In this document: positions 18,770-32,295 of the stretch, one piece after another
Layout: every line of letters begins with the position of its first letter
How positions within the stretch are numbered: the first letter of the stretch is position 1
DNA from: Ascoidea asiatica JCM 7603
Taxonomy: Eukaryota > Fungi > Ascomycota
Assembly (NCBI GenBank): GCA_001600695.1
Contig: BCKQ01000002.1
Location: 2,165,857 to 2,229,856, forward strand
Length of the DNA stretch: 64,000 nt
Direction: 5' to 3'
The notes under the pieces: generated by a model
Databases searched by the model: none
What the model was told of the DNA's origin: nothing
What the model saw: the letters and a program-made list of their open reading frames with translations, nothing else
Position numbers and translations under genes: made by a program

Positions 18770-20842
18770 ATGGATTTCGAGATTTTATTAAAATTTCAAC
18801 AATATAAACAAGTTTCCGAAGAAATTAATACAATTGAATTCAATGAATATAATAGAAGATATTTAATTAATCATTTATATCAATTATTTAATAACAACAA
18901 TCAATATCTTGAAAACAACTACAACAATAATAATAATGATAACAATAAAGATAATAATGATGAAATTGAATTATTAAATAATAAAATCCTTAATCTTAAT
19001 AAAAATTATAATGAATCTTTATTTAAAATTGAAAATTATAAAAAAGAAATTATAAATTTAAACTCAAATTTTAATTCAAAATTAAATAATTTGAAAAAAA
19101 TTAATAGAAATTTAAAAGAAAAACAAAATTATTATAATCTTCTAAATAAAAATATTATTCTACATAAAGATATTCCAATTATAAATAGCAATATACCAAT
19201 CAATAATAATAATAATAATATTATTAATAATATACCAATCAACAATAATAATAATTTATCTCCAATTAAAACAATTAATGATAATATTCTTAAAAATAAA
19301 AATAAAATTAAAATAAAAAATAAATTCAAGAATTTAAATAATATTGATTTAAGAAAAGATATTAATAATTCTTATTTATCTTTATCTCCGGAAAAAGATA
19401 AATCTTTTATTAATAATAGAAGATTAAGTAAAATTCCAATTCCTATTAATAATTCAATCATCTTAAATCATAATAATTTAGATCTTGATAATGATATAGA
19501 TAATAGTAATAATAATAATAATTATAATAATAATGATATCACTAATAATTATATTCAAAATCAAATTAAAGATCAAATTTATGATCAAGATCCAGAAAAA
19601 TCAATGAATTTATCTTTTTCTCAATTTCAAATAAATAAACATAAAAAAATTGATAACATAAATAATAATAATTTAACTAATTATCCAAATTATATGTCTC
19701 CAACTAAAAATTCTTTATATAAATCTCAATCACCATTAAAATCAAAAATTTTATTAGCAACTTCAACTCCTTCTTCAATTAAAATTAATAATTATCAACA
19801 ACAACAACAACAACAACAACAACAAAATTTAATTTCTCCAATTAGAAGAAAATCAATATCTCCTGTTAGAAAATCTTCTCCATTAAAACAAGTCTTTAAT
19901 GAAATTGAAATTATTAATAATAATTCTAAAACTCCAAGTAAAAAACAAAGTATAAATATAAATTTAACTCCAAGTAATAAAAATAATAATCAAATTTTAA
20001 GAAAATCTATAATTAATAATATAAATAACAATATTAATAATAATAATAATAATAATAAAAGACAAAGTATAATTGGTGAAGTTGTATTAAAATCTCTTAA
20101 TTCTCCAAATTTTAAAAAATTATATACTACAAAAATCGAAAAATTAAAATTAAATGATACTAATAATGACAATAATTATAAAAGTTTTGAAAAATTCAAA
20201 AAAAAAAGAAGATCTTCATTTGGTTTGAAAAATAATATTTCAAATGTTTTAAATTCAAATAAAAATTCTAAATCTAATTCTAAATCTAAATCTAAATCTA
20301 TATCTATATCAAGCTCTAAGAAAAAACCTTCTTTATTTGATTTAGATAATAATGAGGATGATAATAATGATATCTTCAGTCAAACTTTAAAAAGATTATC
20401 TAAGAAAAAAACAACTGATAACAATAGAAATAACATTATCAACTCAAATTCAATTTCAATTTCAAATTCAAATTTAAATTCAAATTCAATAAATGGTTTT
20501 CAAAATAAAAAAAAAAAAAGAAAATTAGCTGGTACTACTATTCAACCAATTAATATCTCTTATGATGATGATTTATATGAATTAAATAATGATATTGAAG
20601 AAATTGATGATTTTAATAAAACTCCATCTCCTGTAAAAGTTAAAAATGTTTTAAAAATTAATAAAAATATCAATATCAAAAATAATATTAATACTACAAA
20701 TATTGATAAAGAAAACTTAATTAAAGAAAAATCAAAAAAATTTGAAACTCCAATAACTAAAAGAATTAAAAATCAGGAGAAAATTGATGATAATACTTTT
20801 AGTCCTTTAAGAAATAATAAAAAAAGAGGTTTTAAAGTATAA
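18770..20842 (+). CDS. Probable monopolin/cohibin subunit Lrs4/Mde4-like protein
   Basis: N-terminal LLKFQQYKQ...FNEY then coiled coil EIELLNNKILNLNK resembles the Lrs4 N-terminus as recalled; many SP/TP sites; KKKKRKL motif near the C-terminus. First ATG at 18770. Confidence 0.5.
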   Translation: MDFEILLKFQQYKQVSEEINTIEFNEYNRRYLINHLYQLFNNNNQYLENNYNNNNNDNNKDNNDEIELLNNKILNLNKNYNESLFKIENYKKEIINLNSNFNSKLNNLKKINRNLKEKQNYYNLLNKNIILHKDIPIINSNIPINNNNNNIINNIPINNNNNLSPIKTINDNILKNKNKIKIKNKFKNLNNIDLRKDINNSYLSLSPEKDKSFINNRRLSKIPIPINNSIILNHNNLDLDNDIDNSNNNNNYNNNDITNNYIQNQIKDQIYDQDPEKSMNLSFSQFQINKHKKIDNINNNNLTNYPNYMSPTKNSLYKSQSPLKSKILLATSTPSSIKINNYQQQQQQQQQQNLISPIRRKSISPVRKSSPLKQVFNEIEIINNNSKTPSKKQSININLTPSNKNNNQILRKSIINNINNNINNNNNNNKRQSIIGEVVLKSLNSPNFKKLYTTKIEKLKLNDTNNDNNYKSFEKFKKKRRSSFGLKNNISNVLNSNKNSKSNSKSKSKSISISSSKKKPSLFDLDNNEDDNNDIFSQTLKRLSKKKTTDNNRNNIINSNSISISNSNLNSNSINGFQNKKKKRKLAGTTIQPINISYDDDLYELNNDIEEIDDFNKTPSPVKVKNVLKINKNINIKNNINTTNIDKENLIKEKSKKFETPITKRIKNQEKIDDNTFSPLRNNKKRGFKV

Positions 20843-21424
20843 TCAATTATCTTCTTTGATTTTAATCACTTAGATTACCAATACCCACCCACTATTATAA
20901 TCATAACTCCACTTGGTTTATTTTCGATCATTCTTCTACATTTGCATTATTATTATACTTCTTATCTTGCTTTCTCCCTATTCTTTTTTCATTCTTTCTT
21001 GAATTAGTTAAATCAATTCAATATTTTATTATTAATTCTTTGTCTTTAATTGGCCTGATATTTTTCATACCCAAAAAGGTCAAGATTCCTATAGAGAGAT
21101 TGGTTACCCGTGAAAAGGGTATATTTTAAAGGATTCATGTTTCCTATTATTAAATAAACTAATAGATTATTATAACGTAAAATACCCGTGGTAAATGAAA
21201 TAGTTTTTGGTTTTTCAAATTTCGGTTCGTTCCTTTGCCTTATCCTGATGACTGTGTTTTTATTTAACAATAAGAAGTGAAAAAGTGAAAAATTAACTGA
21301 AAATCTCGAAGAGGTAAAACTTTCGATGATTTAATGAAGGTATAATTTGTAATTATTATATAGAAAAAACCCATAAATAAAATAAATCGATAAATAATTA
21401 AAAGTAAAGTACTTTCAATTAAAG

Positions 21425-23446
21425 ATGTCGATGTTATTAAGATCTTCAATATTTAAAAACAAAAATCGATCAATAAATTTTGTAAAAGAATTGAATTCAA
21501 TAAGGAATTATTCAATAAGGAATTATTCAAGAATATATAATAATCAAATTCAATCAATAACATATAGAAATATAAATAATAATTATACTAGTAAAAGATT
21601 ATTCAATACATCAAAATATGCTTTAAATCCAATTTATGAAATTCCATATAATGAATTAACTGAAGTACAACATGAAACATTAAACGAAGAAAGAGCATTT
21701 GATAAAGTTGATGTTTGTATAGTTGGAGCAGGACCTGCAGGTTTAGCAACAGCAATAAGATTAAAACAATTAGATAATAAATCTGGAACTGGAGAATTAA
21801 GAGTAGTTGTATTAGAAAAAGCTTCAGAAATTGGTTCTCATACATTATCAGGAGCAGTAATTGAACCAAAAGCATTTAGAGAATTATTTCCAGATGAATT
21901 AGAAGATAAAGATAATGAATATGAGATTCCATTACCTGAAGATTTAAAAACTTTAGTTAAAGAAGATCATATGTATTATTTAATGGAAGAAATGAAAATT
22001 CCATTACCTGAACCACCCCAATTAAAAAATACAAATAAAAATTATATTATAAGTTTAAATCAAGTTGTGAAATATTTAAGTGAAAAAGCAGAAGAAATAG
22101 GTGTTGAAATTTATCCAAATATTTCAGTATCTGAATTAATTTATAATAAAGATAAAACTTCAATTAAAGGTGTTATAACAAAAGATATTGGTATTTCCAA
22201 AAATGGTGTACCAAAAGATTCATTTGAAAGAGGTATGGAATTTCATTCAAAATTAACAATTTTAGCAGAAGGATGTCGTGGATCATTAAGTGAAAAAATT
22301 ATTAAAAAATTTAATTTAAGAAAAGGTAAAGATAATCAAACTTATGGTATTGGAATTAAAGAAGTTTGGGAAGTTAAATCAGAAAATTTTAAAAAGGGAT
22401 ATGTATCTCATACACTTGGATATCCATTAACTAATGATATTTATGGAGGTGGATTTATGTATCATTTTGATGATGGATTAGTTACAGTTGGATTGGTAAT
22501 TGGATTAGATTATAAAAATCCATATATATCACCATATGAAGAATTTCAATTAATGAAAAATCATCCATTTTATAAAAATGTTTTAAATGGAGGAAAATGT
22601 TTATCATATGGAGCAAGAGTTTTAAATGAAGGTGGATTACAATCTTTACCAAAATTATATTTTCCAGGAGGATTATTAGTTGGATGTTCAGCAGGATTTT
22701 TAAATGTTGCAAAAATTAAAGGAACTCATACATCAATTAAATCAGGAATTTTAGCAGCAGAATCAAGTTTTAAAATTTTAAATGAATTTAAAAAAAATTT
22801 AAAAATTTCAAATATTGATGAAGATGAATTAAATTTAGAAGATATACCAAATTTTGAAATTAAAGAATATGAAGAAAATTTTAAAAAATCATGGGTATAT
22901 AAAGAATTAAATGAAATTAGAAATATTAGACCATCATTTAATACAAATTTTGGTACAATTGGAGGTATAATTTATTCTGGAATTGAAACATTGATTTTAA
23001 AAGGTAAAGAAAATTGGACATTTCATTTTGATAAAAAAACAGATGGAGAAATTACTGAAGATATTAAAAATTTTAAAAAAATTAATTATATTAAAAAAAA
23101 AGATGGAAAAATTACATTTGATTTAAATACAAGTATTTCTAGAACTGGTACATATCATGATGAAGATGAAAAATGTCATTTAAGAATTATGAATGGTAAA
23201 GAGAATAGTGAAAATAGTTTAGATAAACATGTTGAATTAAATTATTTAAAATATGGAGGAATTGAGAATAAATTTTGTCCAGCAGGAGTTTATGAATATA
23301 TTAAAGATGAAAATGGTAAAATTAAATTTCAAATTAATTCTCAAAATTGTATACATTGTAAGACTTGTGATATTAAAACTCCAAATAAAGATATTAGATG
23401 GGAAGTACCTGAAGGTGGAGATGGACCAAAATATGTTTTAACATAG
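21425..23446 (+). CDS. CIR2: Mitochondrial electron-transfer flavoprotein-ubiquinone oxidoreductase
   Basis: Presequence; DVCIVGAGPAGL FAD motif; EKASEIGSHTLSGAV; 4Fe-4S ligands FCPAGVYE and NCIHCKTCDIK; VPEGGDGPKY. Confidence 0.97.
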   Translation: MSMLLRSSIFKNKNRSINFVKELNSIRNYSIRNYSRIYNNQIQSITYRNINNNYTSKRLFNTSKYALNPIYEIPYNELTEVQHETLNEERAFDKVDVCIVGAGPAGLATAIRLKQLDNKSGTGELRVVVLEKASEIGSHTLSGAVIEPKAFRELFPDELEDKDNEYEIPLPEDLKTLVKEDHMYYLMEEMKIPLPEPPQLKNTNKNYIISLNQVVKYLSEKAEEIGVEIYPNISVSELIYNKDKTSIKGVITKDIGISKNGVPKDSFERGMEFHSKLTILAEGCRGSLSEKIIKKFNLRKGKDNQTYGIGIKEVWEVKSENFKKGYVSHTLGYPLTNDIYGGGFMYHFDDGLVTVGLVIGLDYKNPYISPYEEFQLMKNHPFYKNVLNGGKCLSYGARVLNEGGLQSLPKLYFPGGLLVGCSAGFLNVAKIKGTHTSIKSGILAAESSFKILNEFKKNLKISNIDEDELNLEDIPNFEIKEYEENFKKSWVYKELNEIRNIRPSFNTNFGTIGGIIYSGIETLILKGKENWTFHFDKKTDGEITEDIKNFKKINYIKKKDGKITFDLNTSISRTGTYHDEDEKCHLRIMNGKENSENSLDKHVELNYLKYGGIENKFCPAGVYEYIKDENGKIKFQINSQNCIHCKTCDIKTPNKDIRWEVPEGGDGPKYVLT

Positions 23447-23892
23447 AATCGTAAAAAGATTAAAACATTAAAGTAAAAAAAAAGAAATAAAGGGAATAAA
23501 TTTATGGAAGTTCTAGGTTGTTTTCTTTTCTTTTTACTTCTTTTATTTGTTTTTAAAGTTTAATGATAAAGATAATGTGAGATTTAATAGTAATAGTTTT
23601 AAAAAACTAAAAAAAAAATATAGCAATGTAATAATCATAGAGTAATTGATATATAAATACCAAATATTAAATAAATCAGTATAAATAGATAAGATATTTT
23701 CCTATAATTCAATTACAAATATATAATTATAAGTAATTGATATTCAAATAAACCAAATTACATATACTATTATATTTCAGTCCAATTACAATCAAATTAC
23801 AGTCAAACTATTCATAATTTTCAATCAATTTATCGTCAAAGTAAAAAAATTGAATCAATTCTAAAAAAGTTAATAATCAAGTAAATCAAGAA

Positions 23893-24162
23893 ATGGAAGC
23901 TTCAGGAGGAACAGGAGCTGCAAGTGGTGCTACAGGAGCAGGAACCACAGCAGGAACCACAGCAGGAACCACAGCAGGAACCACAGCTGGCACTACAGCT
24001 GGAGCCACTGGAGGAACAGCAGCAGGAACAACAGCAGAAACTGGATTCATGAACAAATACGCCTCCAAACAAAACATGGACAAAGCAAAGAAATACGCTA
24101 CCAAAGAAAACATGGGCAAGGCCAAAAGATACTTCAACAAATTCAAAAAAATGTTCCAGTGA
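23893..24162 (+). CDS. Small protein, copy A of a three-member family: GTTA-repeat N-terminus plus cationic 12-residue repeats
   Basis: 12-bp repeat (GGAACCACAGCA)n encodes GTTA; C-terminal KYASKQNMDKAKKYATKENMGKAKRYFNKFKK is conserved with copy B, with synonymous third-position differences; TATAAA elements ~23652 and ~23680. Confidence 0.75.
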   Translation: MEASGGTGAASGATGAGTTAGTTAGTTAGTTAGTTAGATGGTAAGTTAETGFMNKYASKQNMDKAKKYATKENMGKAKRYFNKFKKMFQ

Positions 24163-24391
24163 TTGCAGAATGGGCATTAAGGGAAAGGAAGGTGGAAAGT
24201 GACAAGAAAAACCATCCTCAGAAGCATAAGAAGCAGAAGAAACAGAAGAAACAGCAAAGACAGCAAAGACAGCAAAGACAGCAAGAACAGTTGGTACAAA
24301 GATATACAAACAGCTGCCACTGCTGGCTCCAGAGTAGTTACTATGTTAATAGCCTTTAGCAATAGACAATTTTCTCTAGCCACTACTTATA

Positions 24392-24400
24392 TTTGCCACC
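24392..24400 (-). promoter_or_regulatory. Rpn4/PACE-type element GGTGGCAAA upstream of the ABC transporter
   Basis: TTTGCCACC on + strand in a GC-richer patch ~1.4 kb upstream of the ABC ATG. Confidence 0.3.
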
Positions 24401-25836
24401 GTAGCCGTGCCACCAAAGCGCCACAACCAAAAAAGATTTCGTGAAAAAAGTGCGTGACATGCGAGTTAAGGCAACTAAATGTCTTTTTGTGATACCATCT
24501 CTGTGGGTAAGTGTTTGCGATTACATCCCTCATCATGGCGTCAAACTAATCACCGGACCACGGATTGCAAGCTTGTTTTCTCTTCCGATTTTTGCTTCCT
24601 GTGCTGGATCGGAACTTGATTTTGTTTCTGTTCCCAGATTTCACCACATGTCATTTGATTTGATTTGATCTGATTTTATTTAACCTTTTTTTCAAAACTC
24701 ATTCAACTTCAAACGATAAAAACAATGCCAACAACAATTCCAACAAACAATTTATCTTAGAACTATCTTACCAATAAATCTCAAAATAATAAGAAATGAA
24801 AGAAAAGGAAATAAAGGAATGAAAAAGAAATAAATGTTTTCCCATTATCATTATTGAGCCACCTATGTTATCATTCACATGCTTTTTTATCAATTCTTGA
24901 TTGAATATTAATTACTCTTCATTTACTCTAATTCAATTCAACTCAACTACATTCAACTAAATTCAAGTTATTTTAAACTTCCAATAAGCTTTTATAGAAA
25001 ATGAATTTTACAATATGTTATATGCTGATATTATACTAGTCTTATATTCTTTGGTTTTTATCAATTTTCAATCACTCTTTATTACTACTAATATCGTTAT
25101 TTATCAAAACAATTATTGAATGTGATAGATAATTTTCTTTTTTAATGAAATTCAAATCAAAATATATCTTAATGAATATTCTCTTAAAGACTATTTCTTT
25201 CAAAAAACTTCCTCAAAAACATGAACATATGAATTTGATTTTTGTTGGTTTACTGAAATTCAGACTACAATTACTTATTTAAGTAAGCTTCTGTATTAAT
25301 TTCACAAAGTTAAACTTTAATTTCTTAATAACTTGTATACATGCATCGCTTCTAAAAACTCTTAATTTTTCAATTCTGAAAAATATATTAAAATATTAGA
25401 TCATTTAATTATTCGAGTTAATTTTTTTATTGAAATTAGGCTTCGGATATATTCATATTCCTGCTTTCCATTTTTTCAATTATTTTTCAAATAAAAATTT
25501 AATCAATTTCAATTACTGTAAATATAACTATATCGAACAGAAATTTTAATAAAATTTTGAACAAAATTTTGAACAAAAAGTTATATAAATTTAAATATGA
25601 ATTTGATTATGATGATTATGAACATGAACAATAAAATAATTATAAAAATGGATATAAAAGTGATAATAAAAATGAATATATTAAATTAATATAAATATGA
25701 ATATAAATTCTCTATATTTATTTTTATTTTTATTTTTCGTATTATAATTCTTTTTTAAATCATAAATTAAATATTTATCATTTTCTTAAAATATCTATTT
25801 CTATAAATTAATTAATTATATCTTGATTATATTCAT

Positions 25837-26173
25837 ATGAGTATTAATAATAATAATAATAATAATATTAATAATATTGAAAAAAGTTCGAATAATAATG
25901 ATCAAAGTCTTTCAATTTCGGATTCTGATTCAATAAATCATTTATCTCAAGATAATGATAATGATAAGGATAATGATAAAGATTATGATGATTATAATGG
26001 CTTTGATAATAATACTGAAATTCAAATTAAAAAAATAGCAAGACAATTTACAAATTTATCAAATAATTTTAATAATAATAATTCTACTGATAATGTTAAT
26101 AAACAAGATTTAAAATTAATTAAAACTTTATCCTCATTTTCAACAACTAAAGGAGTTTATCCTTTTACTAAAA

Positions 26174-26211
<38 letters not shown>

Positions 26212-29200
26212 TCAAAAATTGATCAAAGATTAAATCCAAATTCACCTTTATTTAATTCAAAATATTGGGTAAAAAATTTTAAAAAATTTACTGATACTGA
26301 TCCAGATTATTTTAAACCTTTAACTTTAGGTATTGCTTGGAAAAATTTAAAAGCTTTTGGTATTGCTTCTGATGCTGATTATCAATCTAATGTTGGTAAT
26401 GTTTTTTTTAAAAAATTAAATAATTTAATTCATTATATACCTGGAATTTCTCCAAGAAAAAATTTTGAAATTTTAAAATCAATGGATGGTATTGTTTATC
26501 CTGGTGAAATTTTAGCTGTTTTAGGTAGACCTGGTTCTGGTTGTAGTACATTTTTAAAATCAATTGCAGGTACTACTCATGGTTTTCAAATTGATAAAAA
26601 TTCTTCAATTTGTTATGATGGTTTAACTCAAGAAGAAATTATTAATCATTTTAGAGGTGAAATTATTTATAATGCTGAAACTGAAATTCATTTTCCACAT
26701 TTAACTGTATGGGAAACTTTAAATTGTGTTGCAAAAATGAGAACTCCAAAAAATAGAATTCCTGGTATAACAAGAGAAGCTTATGCAAAACATATCACTG
26801 AAATTTTTTTAGCCATGTATGGCTTATCTCATATTAAAGATACAAAAGTTGGTGATGATTTTATCAGAGGTATATCTGGTGGTGAAAGAAAAAGATTAAG
26901 TATAACTGAAGCTTCAATTTGTGGTTCTCCATTTCAACTTTGGGATAATAGTACCAGAGGTTTAGATTCTGCAAATGCTGTGGAATTTACAAAATGTTTA
27001 AGAAGTCAAGCTGATATTCTCAATTATACAACTTTTGTTTCAATTTATCAATGTTCCGGAGAAGTTTTTGCAAATTATGATAAAGTTTGTTTACTTTATG
27101 AAGGTTATCAAATTTATTTTGGTTCAACTAAAAATGCTAAAAAATATTTTTTAGATATGGGTTATTTTTGTCCTCCAAGACAAACAACTGCTGATTATTT
27201 AACTTCATTAACTAATCCAAACCAAAGAATTGTTATTAACGGTTCTGAAAATAAAGTTCCAAGAACTCCAAGTGAATTTGAAACATATTGGAAAAATTCA
27301 AAAGAATATAAAAATCTTATAATTGAAGTTGATGAATATTTAAAAAATCATGAGAGTAATTCTGAAGCATCTATTCAATTTAAGGAAGGCCATTATTCTC
27401 AACAAGCTAAATATTTAAGAAAAAAATCTCCATACATAATTTCTTTTCAAATGCAAGTTCGTTATATTTTAACTAGAAATTTTCAAAGAATTAGAAATAA
27501 TATGGGTTATACTATTACAACCATTTTTGCAAATTTTTTTATGGCTTTGATTTTAGGTTCACTTTTCTATGATTTACCTCATACAACAACTTCATTTTAT
27601 TATCGTGGTGCTGCTTTATTTATCGCCATTCTTTTCAATGCGTTTTCATCCGTTCTTGAAATTCTTGCTTTATATGAAGCAAGACCAATTGTTGAAAAAC
27701 ATAAGAAGTATGCTTTATATCCCCCTTCTGCTGATGCTTTAGCTTCCATTATTTCCGAAATACCTACTAAGATTTTAAGTTCAATTGGATTTAATATTCC
27801 ATTTTATTTTATGGTACATCTTAGAAGAGAAGCTGGTAGTTTCTTTTTCTATGTCTTTGTTGGATTTTTAGCAACACTTGCTATGTCACATATTTTTAGA
27901 TGTATTGGTTCAACTACAAAAACTTTATATGAAGCAATGACTCCAGCAACCATGTTATTATTAGCCATTACCATTTATATGGGATTTATTATTCCGACAA
28001 ATTATATGCATGGTTGGTCAAGATGGATTAACTATATTGATCCCTTAGCTTATTCTTTTGAATCAATTATGGCAAATGAATTTCATAACTTAAACTTTAC
28101 TTGCACTTCTAATGTTCCCTCTGGTGGAACATATGATACATTTTCTGCAGAAAATCATATATGCAATGTGGTGGGATCTAAGCTCGGCGAGGATTACGTT
28201 TATGGTGATGACTATCTTAGATTATCTTTTAAATATCATAATTTCCATAAATGGAGAAATGTTGGTATTCTTATCGGTTTTATTGTTTTTTTTTTATTTC
28301 TTTATTTAGGTCTATGTGAATTTAATGAAGGTGCTAAACAAAAAGGTGAAATTCTTTTATTTCAACAAAAAACTTTAAGAAAAATTAGAAATCAAAAAAA
28401 ATTAATGGCTAATGATATTGAAGCTGTTAATGAAAAGGTGATTTATGACCAATCTGAGAACCTTGATGAACTTCAAATGAAAATTCATTCTGGAAATAAA
28501 ATTTTTCATTGGAAGAATGTTTGTTATGATATCACAATTAAAGGAAAAAACAAAAGGATTTTAAGAGATGTTTGTGGTTGGGTCAAGCCTGGAACTGTTA
28601 CTGCGTTGATGGGTGCTTCTGGTGCTGGTAAAACTACACTATTGGATGTTCTTGCAAATAGAGTTACAATGGGGGTTATTACTGGGGATATGTTTGTTGA
28701 TGGTCATTTAAGAGATACTTCATTTCAACGGTCCACTGGATATGTTCAACAACAAGATTTACATTTAACTACTTCAACAGTGAGAGAAGCTTTGCAATTT
28801 AGTGCATATCTTAGACAATCCTATAAGATATCGAAAGAAGAAAAAGATGAATATGTGGAAAGTGTGATCTCCATTTTAGAGATGGAAAAATATGCTGATG
28901 CTGTTGTAGGTGTTACCGGTGAAGGACTTAATGTTGAGCAGCGTAAGAGGCTAACCATTGGGGTCGAGCTAGCAGCCAAACCTGACCTTTTATTGTTTTT
29001 AGATGAACCAACTTCTGGGTTGGATTCAGAAACTGCTTGGTCAATTTGTAAATTGATAAGAAAATTGGCTGATCAAGGTCAAGCTATATTGTGCACCATT
29101 CATCAACCTTCTGCGATTTTATTAGATGAATTTGATTGTATATTATTGTTAGAACCTGGTGGAAAGACTGTATATTTTGGTGATTTAGGTGACAGATGTG

Positions 29201-30474
29201 AAACTTTAATACATTATTTCGAAAAGTATAGTACAATGAAATGCCCTCATGATGCTAATCCTGCTGAATGGATGCTTCGTGTTATAGGAAGCGCACCTGG
29301 ATCACACACAGATGTTGATTATCATGATATATGGACCCTGTCCAAAGAACATGAAATTGTGCTTAAAGAGTTGGAAACTATGGAAAGGGAATTAGTGAAA
29401 AAACCAATTTTGGATTCGAAGGATTTGAAAAAAGAATTTTCAGCTCCTTTTAGTTTTCAGCTATGGTTAGTTCTTAATAGAGTCTTTCAGCAATATTGGA
29501 GAACTCCTGCTTATATTTGGGCCAAAATTTTATTGATCATAGTCTCGGAATTATTTAATGGTTTTTCTTTTTACAAAGCCTCAAGAAGTGAACAAGGGCT
29601 ACAAAATCAAATGTTTTCCATATTCATGTTCACTGTCATTTTTGTTACCATCAATTTTCAGATGTCTGAAAATTTTGTTCCTCAAAGGGAGTTATATGAA
29701 GCAAGAGAAAGATCATCTAAGACATTTGGATGGCGTGCATTTATTTGTGCACAAATTTTGGTTGAGATTCCTTGGAGTGTTCTTATTGGAACTTTAGCAT
29801 ATTTTTGCTGGTATTATCCAGTTGGATTATATCATAATGCAAGTTATACCGATTCAGTTACTCAAAGAGGTGCTTTAGTATGGCTTTACTCAATTGTATA
29901 TTTTATATGGTCAATTGGATTTGGGCAGGTTTTTGTTGTTGCTTTAGATCGTAAAGAAACTGCAGGGGTAGTTACTACTTTTATTTTTACCTTGTTCATT
30001 GCATTTTGTGGCGTTTTAGCTGGTTCAGATTTTATGCCAAGATTCTGGATTTGGTTGTATAGAGTATCCCCTTTAACTTATTTAATTCAGGGAATCATGG
30101 CAGCAAGTTTAGCTAATTCTCCAGTGACTTGCAGTTCAGCTGAAATGTTGACTTTCAATGTACCTCAAAATTATACTTGTGCATCCTATATGAAAGATTA
30201 TATGGAGCTTGCTGGGGGATATTTAGAAGATAGTGATTCCAAAGATGTTTGCAAGTTTTGTTCAATGGCTAATACAAATGTTTATCTCGAGTCTGTTAAT
30301 AGCAGGTATAGTGAAAGATGGAGAAATTTTGGAATATTTATTTGTTATATTTTTATCAATATTTTCTTCACAATTGCATTTTATTGGTTAGTCAGAGTTC
30401 CCAAATCCAAGAACAGAGTTAAAAATGAAAAAAAATCTGTAGGTGAACAAGAAATTGATGGTGGAAAAATTTAA
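25837..30474 (+). CDS. Full-size pleiotropic drug resistance ABC transporter (Pdr5/Cdr1 family, ABCG)
   Basis: NBD1 GRPGSGCST, ISGGERKR, WDNSTRGLD; NBD2 GASGAGKTT, LNVEQRKR, FLDEPTSGLD; (NBD-TMD)2 topology; 1545 aa. Confidence 0.97.
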
Positions 30475-30859
30475 TAAGCAACCTTGTAAAGGTACATAAA
30501 AGCTGAAAATGAACAGTGTCCTAAATATTAACTGCAACTCAATAATTACATTCAAACTAAGACTTAAAATTTCTTTTTTTTTTTTGAATTCTTCCTTTAG
30601 AACTTAAAAATCTCTTTTCAGTCTTTGTTTATAGATTTCTCAAATTTTCTTCTCTGTGTAAATAAGTAAGGCTTATTTATTCAATTAAATTTATTTCTTT
30701 CGATTTAATAAATTTATTCTTTGTTACAGTCCATGTTCATGTGTAAATTTTCTGATTAGATGCAACTCTTCAATTTTTTCTCCTGAATTAATACCATAAC
30801 ATCAATTTTGAAGTTTACTTAACAATTTGTTTTCCAGCTTCTCAAAAAAGCTTCTTGTT

Positions 30860-32295
30860 TCTTTTTTGCTGGACTTAGAATTTCAATCGCAAGAAAGCAG
30901 TTTACGAATGCTAACGTTTGTACCTGCATTTCAAGTTAGAGGAACTCGCCCGCCAGCCAATAATATTTTTGGAAATTTAGAAACAAGCATTTTTAAAGCT
31001 TGGGCCGCAGACTCATTTATCATTATGCAGAACCTCCCCATTAGGAAATTTGATTCTATTTCTGGAACCACAAAGCCCTTTTTTATCGAACTTTACGAGA
31101 ACGTAAAAAATACCGTCATTACGGTTTATAAGAGTTGCTTATTCTGAATTTCTATTACTTTTTTTGAACATGAATATTTGTCATTAAAAACAATCGAAAA
31201 AAATGATACAAGAATATCAATGTGAGATTTTAGGTATTAGAATGAAATAGGTAACTATGAGGCATTTATATATCTCCAGCCTTCTTTTGTTTACTTTTAC
31301 ATACTTAGAATTTTGGACTCTAATTCGTAAACTAGTAAAACAATAGTAATTGATTACTTATCATAAAGTTGTCTACATTATTTATTTATTTTCATTTTTC
31401 TTACTTTTTGTATAAAATAGACAGAATTCATCCTTTTGAAAGAAAAGAGTATTTAATTCAAGTACTCTAATCTTTTCTTTTTCTTTTTTTATTTTGTTAG
31501 TTAGTTTAACTTAAATTTAAGAATTGTATTTAGTTACACGTTTTTTTATTCACAAAGATAATTCAAAGGAAACGATCAACAAGAATAATAGTAATAATGG
31601 AAACCCCAGCTGTTACAACTACTGAGCCTGTTGCAAAAGAAGGGTCTTCAGATATAATAAAGAAATACGCTAATAAAGAAAATATGGAAAAAGCCAAGAA
31701 ATATGCCACTAAAGAAAATATAAATAAAGGCAAAAAATATTTTAAAAAATTCAAGAAAATTATGAAAAAAATGAGTGGAGACAATAATGGTGGCGGTGAA
31801 AGTGATAGTGACTAATTACTCTTCAGCAAATTGGGATGCACTAAAGCTTTATTAAATGGCCCCAGAATAGTCCAATCGAAACATTACAGGGTTATATAAT
31901 ATTTTTATAAGCATTATTTTTCTTATTTTGTTCATTAGCCATATTGTAAGAATATATTGAATACTAAATTACTTTTGTAGAGTTTTTACTTTTCGAATTT
32001 CACTATCAAAATAGTGGTCCTCATTAAATAAACTATTTTGAAAGCCAAATATGTTTCAACAATATTGGTAACAAGATTTTGGTTCATGATATTTAATGTT
32101 TTACGTTTTAAATTAAGCATCAAGGCCTTCATCACGGTAATGAATATAGAATATCTAATATATTATATAAATCATTAGCGTAATCATTTGAATTTTTGCT
32201 TCTTTCAAGTGAATTATATTTTATATGCTTTTCTATTTTCAATAAATGCTCCTCATTCTTATAGAGACTAAGGTTTTGTGGACATCATGAATTTC
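30860..32295 (+). repeat. Diverged direct duplication, copy 1 (upstream region + small gene B + start of F-box-like remnant); boundaries approximate
   Basis: Collinear anchors with 37260-39325: GCCAATAATATT (~30956/~37350), ATCGAA.TTTACGAGAA (~31085/~37872), TTTGTATAAAA (~31407/~38341), AATGGCCC..GAATA.TCCAATCG (~31855/~38768), TCAAGT.AATTATATTT (~32205/~39235). Confidence 0.85.
31597..31815 (+). CDS. Small cationic 12-residue-repeat protein, copy B, with short acidic tail
   Basis: METPAV...IKKYANKENMEKAKKYATKENINKGKKYFKKFKKIMKKMSGDNNGGGESDSD; TATAAAA at ~31411; paralogue of 23893. Confidence 0.75.
   Translation: METPAVTTTEPVAKEGSSDIIKKYANKENMEKAKKYATKENINKGKKYFKKFKKIMKKMSGDNNGGGESDSD

Noticed and set aside
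23886-24668. Antisense and alternative-frame ORFs around small gene A, including a Cys-rich CCGS repeat frame
   Set aside because: By-products of stop-free 12-bp and 9-bp repeats; only the + frame is supported by synonymous conservation with copy B.
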